Source: an uncultured Candidatus Saccharibacteria bacterium (lineage in GTDB: Bacteria > Patescibacteriota > Saccharimonadia > Saccharimonadales > CAYLGV01). Taken from it: a stretch of 64,000 bases of DNA. The notes beneath the pieces are model-generated. The model worked only from the letters and a program-made list of their open reading frames with translations, made no database searches and was not told the origin of the DNA. How positions within the stretch are numbered: the first letter of the stretch is position 1; each line of letters begins with the position of its first letter. Below, piece after piece: positions 50,375-57,862 of the stretch. Made by a program: the position numbers and the translations under genes. The stretch is from positions 131,656-195,655 of the forward strand of contig CAYMZG010000001.1 of assembly GCA_964394925.1 (NCBI GenBank), written 5' to 3'.

Positions 50375-50818
50375 TTGGCGCATGAGATAATGTCGCGAAT
50401 GGAGACCTACCAATCTAAAGCCAGTACCCTTCCCGGAACATCTTATGATGAAACCTTGCGCCTGGTCCGTCATGAGCAAAAAAAGATTGAGAACCTCACA
50501 AAGAGACAACCCTATGTGCGGTCCACATACTTTAGTAACGATAAGGTATTTATTGCTTGCTTTATGAACCACGCAATGCAAAAGTCCCGCAAAGAACGTA
50601 CTGAACGATTTAAGCTTTACAATGCTGCAATCGATCTTTTGCGCAATACAAGACATGAACCAGAGACTATTCTTAAGAAGGATCTGCCGGGTGTGGTTTT
50701 GTTTCGCTTCTACGGTGTTACAAAAGATGGTCAGAAATTTTGCGTTCAAGTAAAACAGGAGAACCGGACAGGACGTAAAGATTTCATGTCAGCATTCTTA
50801 AAGAAAAACATCCCTTAA
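50375..50818 (+). CDS. hypothetical basic protein (147 aa) in an AT-rich segment
   Basis: ORF only. Preferred over the antisense 125-aa ORF because its composition is charged and protein-like. The start is uncertain (TTG at 50375 or the ATG at 50390). Confidence 0.4.
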   Translation: MAHEIMSRMETYQSKASTLPGTSYDETLRLVRHEQKKIENLTKRQPYVRSTYFSNDKVFIACFMNHAMQKSRKERTERFKLYNAAIDLLRNTRHEPETILKKDLPGVVLFRFYGVTKDGQKFCVQVKQENRTGRKDFMSAFLKKNIP

Positions 50819-51167
50819 TACAAAAAACCCCCCGCTGTGTAGTTCGGAGACTACGGCCGAGAGCTTAATGCAGGAACAACACAGACATGTTGTTACATGA
50901 ATAATATCACAGCATTATGCTTATGTCAACATGTTTTTAAAGTATAGTCAAATATTAAGAAGTTCTGATTTGGGGATAATTTGAAAAAAACCCTTGACGA
51001 AGCATAAGCGCAATGGGTATTGAACATATATTTTCTAACGACAAAATTTACATAGATGACACTGCAAAAGTTCGCCCCTCATCTTCGAAGAAATAGCTAG
51101 ACGGCGGGTTCTACTCCGGGAAGATTATGTGAAGTACTAGGAGGAGTTATTGGGAAGGGTTGAGGTT

Positions 51168-51482
51168 TTACCCCTCATAAATGCGACGACCCCAGCGGTC
51201 ACGGCGTAGGTAACGTCGAGGTGGCCCCAGAGGCTGGCCATAGAAGAAAACAGGCGTGACTGTCACATTGTCATGTTCGTCTTCTGTGTTGGTCGGTTCT
51301 TGATTAGTAGTAACTTCTCGGGCTGAGACACCCTCAAGAGCTGTGTCGCCTGCAAAGATTGGTAACTCTACACCACGTTCAGTTAAGACATCATGTATCT
51401 GAGTCACGGCTTCAACTAGGTGGTCAGTGGCCTGTTCACCGGCCACAAAGGGAATGATTTTGTCTTTTGCATCAAATTCCAT
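51168..51482 (-). CDS. hypothetical acidic protein (104 aa)
   Basis: ORF only. Lies between the AT-rich segment and ssrA. Confidence 0.4.
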   Translation of the reverse strand: MEFDAKDKIIPFVAGEQATDHLVEAVTQIHDVLTERGVELPIFAGDTALEGVSAREVTTNQEPTNTEDEHDNVTVTPVFFYGQPLGPPRRYLRRDRWGRRIYEG

Positions 51483-51626
51483 GAGCTCAATAACCTCTCA
51501 CAAATCTTAATTAATGGTTATACTACTATTTTTTAAGGTATTTGTCAAAAAGGCGGAAATTGCTTAGGTAATGCTGTAAAAGTTCACACCCCAAATTTGA
51601 GTACAATTTACAGATTGGGAACAAAT

Positions 51627-51647
51627 AAAAAAGACCTCGATGAGGTC
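51627..51647 (-). terminator. rho-independent terminator of ssrA
   Basis: GACCTC-GAT-GAGGTC (51633..51647), followed on the minus strand by TTTTTT (51632..51627). It starts 14 nt after the tmRNA CCA end. Confidence 0.7.
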
Positions 51648-51660
51648 AATTTTAGCAATA

Positions 51661-52043
51661 TGGTGGAGCTGCCGGAGTTCTGCCCTCCGGGTCCGCCAGT
51701 CTTTTGGCTAGTCTATCCTACAGGTTTAGGTTATTTGAATACCGGTCTACCATTGAAACAACCAAAAAGGCAGACTGGGTTGATCCGTTAGGCTTAACCT
51801 GACTACGGATCAGTTGTCAGGCGCATCCAGAAAATATAATGCGGAATTAACTATCTGGCGTCGTTAGAACCGCAGCTACTTAATAATTAAGCAGCGAATG
51901 CGAACTCTTGAGGAGCTAGGCTCTTAGCAAGAGATGCAATCAAGTTTTTGCGTGTTGCAATTACTTATAGTTTGCCTATAACGCTGACAAGCGACCTGCT
52001 GATCTAACCGAAAAAGTACCAACGTCGAGCTTAAGTCAGCCCC
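51661..52043 (-). ncRNA. ssrA: transfer-messenger RNA (tmRNA)
   Basis: The minus strand starts GGGGCTGACTTAAGCTCGACG and ends GGACCCGGAGGGCAGAACTCCGGCAGCTCCACCA, giving an acceptor stem with a G3:U pair and a CCA end. An internal frame GCA ACA CGC ... GAG TTC GCA TTC GCT GCT TAA (51958..51887) ends in the typical ..FAFAA tag terminus. Confidence 0.9.
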
Positions 52044-52110
52044 ATATCGTTCAGCCACCCCTTATAGTGACCAATACATTATACCACCAATGTCAATATT
52101 TCGCTAGTGG

Positions 52111-53814
52111 TTACACGGTCTTTTTAGCAGCAGGTTTTTCTTGGGCTTTTTCAAGATCTTTAACGTTTGGCAGAAAGACCGACAATCCTGCCCCGATCGC
52201 AATAAAGAAACCGGTATACAAAATGGCGGTACTGCTCGCTTCGGCTGAGGCTGTATGCACAATCGAGGTAAGCTCATTCTCTATCTGAGGCGGAAGTACA
52301 TCGGCGGGGCTATTAGCAAGGCCACCCAGTTCAATCGACGAGGCCTGACCCGAGAAGGTTTGAGAAAACTTCGACTTGTACAGCGGTGGAATGGCTGTGC
52401 TGTTTTGAATGCCTTTTGAGAGTGATGTGGCCAGAGTCGTTAGCAAGACTGCGCCGATCAGGGCTGAGCCGAAGGTTGAGCCAACCTGACGCAAGGTATT
52501 GTTAACACCGGAGGCCTCACCCGCCTGCTCAACCGAAACGGCCGAAAGCGTTAAGTTACTTACCTGTGCCATAACCAACCCCATGCCAATACCGAACAAG
52601 ATCATGCCTGGCATAAAGTTGATTGGCCCAGCGGTTGGGGTAATGCTAAAGTGCAGAACAATACTCGCCAGTACAGCAATTACGAGACCCGCTTGAATCA
52701 AACGCTTCGGTGTAATGTGCTTGCTCATAAAAGCTGAACCGGGTGCAACAATCAGCATCGTAAGAGAAAGTGGCAATAAGGCCAATCCAGTGTGGAAGGC
52801 GTCGAGGTTACGCACCGATTGCAGAAAGACTGGAATAGCAAAAATGAGGCCGGTCATACCAAGCGACATCATGCTCATAACTGATACACCAGAGCTAAAT
52901 TGACGATTCTTAAATAGTCGGAGCGAAACAAGCGGTGTGCGACCACGTTGCTCGATGCGGCTCTGCCACCAACCAAAGACCAATAGCAACAGTACGCCAA
53001 GCAAAATGGCAATCGGCGTCGGCGAAAGGCCACCTGGTAATGACTGATTAAAGAATTGGTACGTCCCTGTTGCCTTGAACCAGCCGTATGTAGATGATTC
53101 AATCACACCATACACAACTGCCAACAGACCAGTAGCCGATAGGATTACGCCGAGAAAATCCAGCTCACGCTTCTCTGTGCGATCACGTGATTCCGAAATA
53201 AGCAAAGATCCCAGAATCAGGATGGCAGCAACAAACACGTTAATTCGAAAGGCCCAACGCCAGCTATACGTAGACGTTAGAAAACCACCAACAATCGGGC
53301 CAATGGCCGATGATGCCGCCGCAATGCCACCCCATATACCAAAAGCAATGGCGCGGTCACGACCACGGTAATTTGCCACCAGCAGCGATGCCGTAGCCGG
53401 CATCATCAATGCGGCTCCGATACCTTCAATGACTGATTCACCACTAATCATCATGCCTACGCTATGACTAAACGAGGTAATGGTGGAACCGATGGCAAAA
53501 ATAATTGCCCCGAGTACGAACATGCGCTTTCGGCCGAAGAGATCGCCCAAACGACCACCCGTAATAGTAAAGGCGGCAAGTGTTAGGGCGTAGGCTGTAA
53601 TGACCCACTGCAAACCCTGCAAGTTGGTGCTCAGATCACGGGCAATCACTTTTAATGAAACGTTCAGAACAGTGGTGTCGATGATAATAATCATCAGCGC
53701 CAAGCTCAAAACTACCATGGGCATCCACTTACGCAAGCCCGACTTAAATTCGGCAGCGTTGTCGGGTAGCGCCGCACCCCCGCTCGCAACGCCTGTTTTA
53801 GATGTTTTAGCCAT
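52111..53814 (-). CDS. MFS transporter, DHA2/EmrB-like (14 TM)
   Basis: 567 aa. MFS motif A-like GRLGDLFGRKRM and about 14 hydrophobic segments. Confidence 0.8.
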   Translation of the reverse strand: MAKTSKTGVASGGAALPDNAAEFKSGLRKWMPMVVLSLALMIIIIDTTVLNVSLKVIARDLSTNLQGLQWVITAYALTLAAFTITGGRLGDLFGRKRMFVLGAIIFAIGSTITSFSHSVGMMISGESVIEGIGAALMMPATASLLVANYRGRDRAIAFGIWGGIAAASSAIGPIVGGFLTSTYSWRWAFRINVFVAAILILGSLLISESRDRTEKRELDFLGVILSATGLLAVVYGVIESSTYGWFKATGTYQFFNQSLPGGLSPTPIAILLGVLLLLVFGWWQSRIEQRGRTPLVSLRLFKNRQFSSGVSVMSMMSLGMTGLIFAIPVFLQSVRNLDAFHTGLALLPLSLTMLIVAPGSAFMSKHITPKRLIQAGLVIAVLASIVLHFSITPTAGPINFMPGMILFGIGMGLVMAQVSNLTLSAVSVEQAGEASGVNNTLRQVGSTFGSALIGAVLLTTLATSLSKGIQNSTAIPPLYKSKFSQTFSGQASSIELGGLANSPADVLPPQIENELTSIVHTASAEASSTAILYTGFFIAIGAGLSVFLPNVKDLEKAQEKPAAKKTV

Positions 53815-55178
53815 TAATGCGCTATGCCCGCTTCGGCTTGGATATCTTGGTGTAGTACACGGTTATTTGGCCGATAGATAGCCACGAAGAGCACCCCAGC
53901 TGCGATCACTGCTAAGCCGCCCACCACGACAGGCGTGCTGATACTGATGGCCGCCAAGTAACCACTTAATGCGGCGGGGATGGCCTGGGCCAATGACTGA
54001 ACAGATGCATTAATACCAAGTACTTCGCCCTGAATCTCGGGCCCTACTGAAGTGCTAATCAGCGATAGACTGTTAGCGATTGTTTCACCAAGGAAGATTG
54101 CAAAGATTGGCGTCACAATCAGCAGCTGTGCGGTGTTGTGAGCCCAGAGATTAGCGAATAGGCCAGCGCCAGCAAGAATAAAACTAAAACGGAGAACCTG
54201 CCAAGGCTTGACCCACTTCGAAACCAACGGCGTAATTATTGCTTGAGTAAGGGCGATCCACAGACCAACCCAGGCGAAATAGTCGCCAATGTTGCTGGCC
54301 GAAAAACCAAGCTTATTAATAAGCAGCACCTGGAAGAACGTTTGGAAGAATGCAAAACCACCCCAGAACAAGAAGATCGATGGGAAAATAGTACGTAGGC
54401 CCGGGTAACTTGCAGCTTTAGCAATGTTTGCAAGCGACTGCGTAACCTTTATTTTCACACGTTTCATATGCTTGTGTGTCTCGGGCAGCAGCATAATGAT
54501 CAGCACCAAGTTAATAAGACTCAGGGCGGCGGTAAACCAAAACGGTGTCGCTGGATTAAACCAGTGCGGCGTATGGAATAGCCCGAAAAAGCTAACATTC
54601 GGAGACGCCAACTTGGCTCCAAAATATGGGCCGAGGACCAAGCCAAGACCAAAGGCGGCACCAATTAACGCAAAGCGCTTCGTGCGGTCTTTGGGGGGAG
54701 TCACATCGGCGATTACCGCTTGAGCAACACTCAGGTTACCGCCCGTTATACCATCAAGTGCCCGTCCAAAGAACAAGAGCGGAATATTGTGCGTAATAAT
54801 ACCAACCGCGAACAAAATGTAGCCAATTGCCGTGCCAAAAATACTAAAGCCCAGTACTGGCTTACGGCCAAAACGATCAGATAGCTGACCAAGAATAGGT
54901 GTTGCAAGAAATTGCATAAATGGATAGATGGCCAGGAGCCATCCAAGCAGGATTAGGCCGCCCTTAAATGTCCAGCCTGCAGGTAACAGATAGTAGGCCG
55001 ACATAGGGTTTGCAAGAAGCTGTGGAATTACAGGTAACAGGATTCCAACCCCAAGCACATCCAGAAAGATCGTTAACAAAACAACGGGTAGTGCCCGTCG
55101 GCTGGCTTTGGCAGCCTCTGGTGCAATTGATTCATCGGGCTGCTGTTTAGACGCGGTTGTGGTTTTCTTATTCGCCAT
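53814..55178 (-). CDS. MFS transporter, DHA1-like (12 TM)
   Basis: 454 aa. Motif GQLSDRFGRKPV and about 12 TM. Its stop overlaps the start of the downstream MFS gene. Confidence 0.8.
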   Translation of the reverse strand: MANKKTTTASKQQPDESIAPEAAKASRRALPVVLLTIFLDVLGVGILLPVIPQLLANPMSAYYLLPAGWTFKGGLILLGWLLAIYPFMQFLATPILGQLSDRFGRKPVLGFSIFGTAIGYILFAVGIITHNIPLLFFGRALDGITGGNLSVAQAVIADVTPPKDRTKRFALIGAAFGLGLVLGPYFGAKLASPNVSFFGLFHTPHWFNPATPFWFTAALSLINLVLIIMLLPETHKHMKRVKIKVTQSLANIAKAASYPGLRTIFPSIFLFWGGFAFFQTFFQVLLINKLGFSASNIGDYFAWVGLWIALTQAIITPLVSKWVKPWQVLRFSFILAGAGLFANLWAHNTAQLLIVTPIFAIFLGETIANSLSLISTSVGPEIQGEVLGINASVQSLAQAIPAALSGYLAAISISTPVVVGGLAVIAAGVLFVAIYRPNNRVLHQDIQAEAGIAH

Positions 55179-55190
55179 CAGTTCTCCTTG

Positions 55191-55658
55191 TTATTCATTT
55201 ACATGATGCTGACACGCACCTGTTTTGCCATTCTGGCAAGCGTAACGGTGCATGGTGCTTAATGTACTAAGCAATTCTTCACGTTGTCGCTCGCTCAGCG
55301 CCGCGAACATCTCGGCATGTGTGTCGTTGAGTATGCCAAGCGCTTGCTCAACCACTCGCTCACCCTTGACAGTAAGTGAGGTGAGGTGCTCACGTCGATT
55401 GCTTGGACTTACTTGGGACTTCAGCAGATCATCGTCTACCAGACCTTTGATCTGGCGACTAATACTTGCCTCGGTCTGCCCTAGCAACTCAGCGATTTGT
55501 CGCTGTTGCATCATGGGGCTGTGTTGCAGCATCATCAGAATCTTGAACGATGAAAAACCAATGCCTAAGCGCTCTTGCAAGGCCTGGTCATTTTGCTTCG
55601 CGAAGACTTTCGCGAGGTGCATCATCAAGTAGCCGATGTTGTTGGTGGGTCCCATCAT
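55191..55658 (-). CDS. MarR-family transcriptional regulator
   Basis: 155 aa with a winged-helix core (FKILMMLQHSPMMQQRQIAELLGQTEASISRQIKGLVDDDLLK). First gene of the MarR-MFS-MFS operon. Confidence 0.8.
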   Translation of the reverse strand: MMGPTNNIGYLMMHLAKVFAKQNDQALQERLGIGFSSFKILMMLQHSPMMQQRQIAELLGQTEASISRQIKGLVDDDLLKSQVSPSNRREHLTSLTVKGERVVEQALGILNDTHAEMFAALSERQREELLSTLSTMHRYACQNGKTGACQHHVNE

Positions 55659-55672
55659 ATACCTCTTATAAC

Positions 55673-55701
55673 ACTATATTGTCTAACACTTAACTAGTCA
55701 A
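55673..55701 (-). promoter_or_regulatory. promoter of the marR-MFS operon (TTGACT-17-TATAGT)
   Basis: On the minus strand, TTGACT is at 55701..55696 and TATAGT at 55678..55673. The -35 lies inside a 16-bp near-palindrome at 55688..55703. Confidence 0.5.
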
Positions 55702-55719
55702 GTATTAATGCGTTAAGTA

Positions 55720-56520
55720 TTACAGAAGGCCTTGGGAACGACAAGCTAGATAGAGCATGTGCCACTGCTCGAGTGATAGTGCCTGGGCGCGCGTTGTGGG
55801 TGCGACGTATGCCTCATCGAGCACCTGTTCCACCACTGTCTTATCGGCACGCAAGCCTCCACTCAAACTGTTAAGTAACGTTTTACGGCGAGCCGCATAA
55901 CCCGAACGCACCAGTCGAAAGAATAATGCCTCATCAACTCCCGGGAACAATGGCTGCACCCGTCTTTGCAAGACGAGCACCTGGGAATCAACCTTTGGCG
56001 GAGGCGTAAAGGCGCGTGCCGACACTTCGATACCTAAACTTACCTCCCAGTAGAACTGGGCACTGACCGACAACAGTGACATATCACCTGGCTTAGCGGC
56101 AACGCGTTCGGCCACCTCTTTTTGAATCAAAATCACGACCCGGCTAGCATGATTCGGGGTTTCAGACAGCACACGGAGAAGATTACTCGTAAGATAATAT
56201 GGTATATTGGCGATCACTTTGTAGCCGACAGGTACGGCACTAAAATCGAAACATAGAATATCCTTCTCAACAACCTCAAGGTTCGCCGCTGGTACACGAC
56301 CCGGCAGCTCAGCCGCTAGCGTGGTATCGAACTCAACAGCTATTACCTGCTTGGCGCGCTCAACTAAAAGTTCGGTGAGGGTACCGGTGCCCGGACCGAT
56401 CTCAAGCACCGTATCCTCGGGTCCAATCTCGCCCGCGTCACATATAGCTTCAAGAACCACAAAATCAGTTAACCAATGTTGTCCGAGGCTTTTTTTGGCG
56501 TGAGGTAGATTGTGTGACAT
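55720..56520 (-). CDS. rsmA: 16S rRNA (adenine1518/1519-N6)-dimethyltransferase
   Basis: KSLGQHWL N-terminal motif, SAM-binding LEIGPGTGTLT and the NIPYY motif, 266 aa. Confidence 0.9.
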   Translation of the reverse strand: MSHNLPHAKKSLGQHWLTDFVVLEAICDAGEIGPEDTVLEIGPGTGTLTELLVERAKQVIAVEFDTTLAAELPGRVPAANLEVVEKDILCFDFSAVPVGYKVIANIPYYLTSNLLRVLSETPNHASRVVILIQKEVAERVAAKPGDMSLLSVSAQFYWEVSLGIEVSARAFTPPPKVDSQVLVLQRRVQPLFPGVDEALFFRLVRSGYAARRKTLLNSLSGGLRADKTVVEQVLDEAYVAPTTRAQALSLEQWHMLYLACRSQGLL

Positions 56521-56529
56521 GACTACAGT

Positions 56530-57786
56530 TTACCAGTTATGGCTGCTAAGCCAGTGTTCGTAGGAACCCTGCCAGCCGCCGTAACGCGATGAATAGCCAC
56601 TACACCAACGCAACTGCGTGATTGGGTTACTTTGCCAGTCACCGCCTGCCGAAGCCATTTTTGAACCTGGCGTTGACTGACAGAGACCGTACCCCAAACC
56701 TGCCGGAATAGAACTCGGCGCAAAGCCTGGGCATGCCCCTGGATGTCCTTGCAACTTAGTGGGGCACCAGCCAGATTCACGACTGACAATATAGTTAACA
56801 TACGGGTAATCTGAGGGGCTAATGCCTGCGGCGGCCATCCAAGCACTCTTATCTTCGGGAATCGAAATAGCCTTGCCTCGGGCGGTTATTTCAGTTACTG
56901 GCTCTTGTGTACGTACCTCTTGGATTTTTTGTCGCCCGACCTCTTTGCCATTCTTAAGATCTAGCTGATACGTTACCAATTTTTTGCCAGGAGTACCCTT
57001 TTGTCGAACCGCCACACTACCGAAACTGAGATTAGGATCTTCCACCGTTTGCTTTTCCATAGCAATCGGCTCTTCAACGGTAACGATTTGTGTGCCGGAG
57101 CGCGTTACAAATACCTGACTATTCGGCGTTAACGGCGTATTAGCACTTGGTTGCACCGTATCACCGCTGGCGAGCGTAACCTGCTTTTCTTTCAGAAGGT
57201 CGCCTACCGTCTTGGCATGTGTGCGCACCACCACCTGGGTACCATACAGATTGAGGTTGGTCGGCGTAGCGCGGTTAATCACAATTTTGTCACCAATGAC
57301 TTGGTCTTTGAGCATGTTGTCTGGCAGGGACTGCGTAAGGTTATCTTCGGGGTACACCGCTACACCGGCTTGGGCCGCCACACTGCGTGGCGTGGTAGCG
57401 GCGCTGAGTGCCTGAATACGCTTGTCACCATCGAAGATAGTTACTGGCTTAGCGCGGTACACATTAATCCGGAAGTTATCTTCATCGATCGGGGTGTCTT
57501 GGGCAGGCTCTACTACGTCGCCCTCATGCAGTGTCACCTTAGCCCGATGCAGGAAATCACCGACTGTCGCGGCGCGAGTAGGCAACACTTGCTTATTGTC
57601 CTCAAGCGACAGCTGCACAATATGCGTATCGTCTGCCCCCACCGTGCGACCACCGAGAGCAACAGAGGCAATCATGGTGCCAAAGCTCAACACGAGAATA
57701 ACCACAATTGGCACAATAAACGGATGCTTGTGAAAATCACGAGCTTGGCGTTTGATTCGTTTAATATGGCGCTTGGCTTTTTGCAT
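56530..57786 (-). CDS. DUF348-repeat / G5-domain cell-wall protein with a C-terminal lysozyme-like (transglycosylase-like) domain
   Basis: N-terminal TM, three DUF348-like repeats (..TVGDFL/TVGDLL..L..GD.V.P), a G5-like segment (GTPGKKLVTYQLDLKNGKEV) and a Cys/Trp-rich C-terminal domain (YIVSRESGWCP...GLCQSTPGSKMA...YGGWQGSYEHW). The architecture is as in RpfB/YabE-type proteins. Confidence 0.75.
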   Translation of the reverse strand: MQKAKRHIKRIKRQARDFHKHPFIVPIVVILVLSFGTMIASVALGGRTVGADDTHIVQLSLEDNKQVLPTRAATVGDFLHRAKVTLHEGDVVEPAQDTPIDEDNFRINVYRAKPVTIFDGDKRIQALSAATTPRSVAAQAGVAVYPEDNLTQSLPDNMLKDQVIGDKIVINRATPTNLNLYGTQVVVRTHAKTVGDLLKEKQVTLASGDTVQPSANTPLTPNSQVFVTRSGTQIVTVEEPIAMEKQTVEDPNLSFGSVAVRQKGTPGKKLVTYQLDLKNGKEVGRQKIQEVRTQEPVTEITARGKAISIPEDKSAWMAAAGISPSDYPYVNYIVSRESGWCPTKLQGHPGACPGFAPSSIPAGLGYGLCQSTPGSKMASAGGDWQSNPITQLRWCSGYSSRYGGWQGSYEHWLSSHNW

Positions 57787-57862
57787 AATTACATGTGGCC
57801 GAGCAGTGAGCGAGATAGGTTAAAAAACTGCACCGAACCACTATATATGGTACCACGAAAGG

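Noticed and set aside
50372-50749. 125-aa minus-strand ORF overlapping the 147-aa plus-strand ORF
   Set aside because: Only one of the two can reasonably be real. The minus-strand product is Cys/Phe/Leu-rich and unprotein-like, so the plus-strand ORF was preferred. Neither is strongly supported.
50270-51660. Prophage or integrative element at ssrA
   Set aside because: There is no integrase, no phage-like genes and no clear att-type direct repeat of the tmRNA 3' end. It is kept only as a low-confidence islet remnant.
51597-51791. 64-aa plus-strand ORF from the track
   Set aside because: It overlaps the 3' third of the tmRNA gene and its terminator. The RNA-gene interpretation explains the sequence much better.
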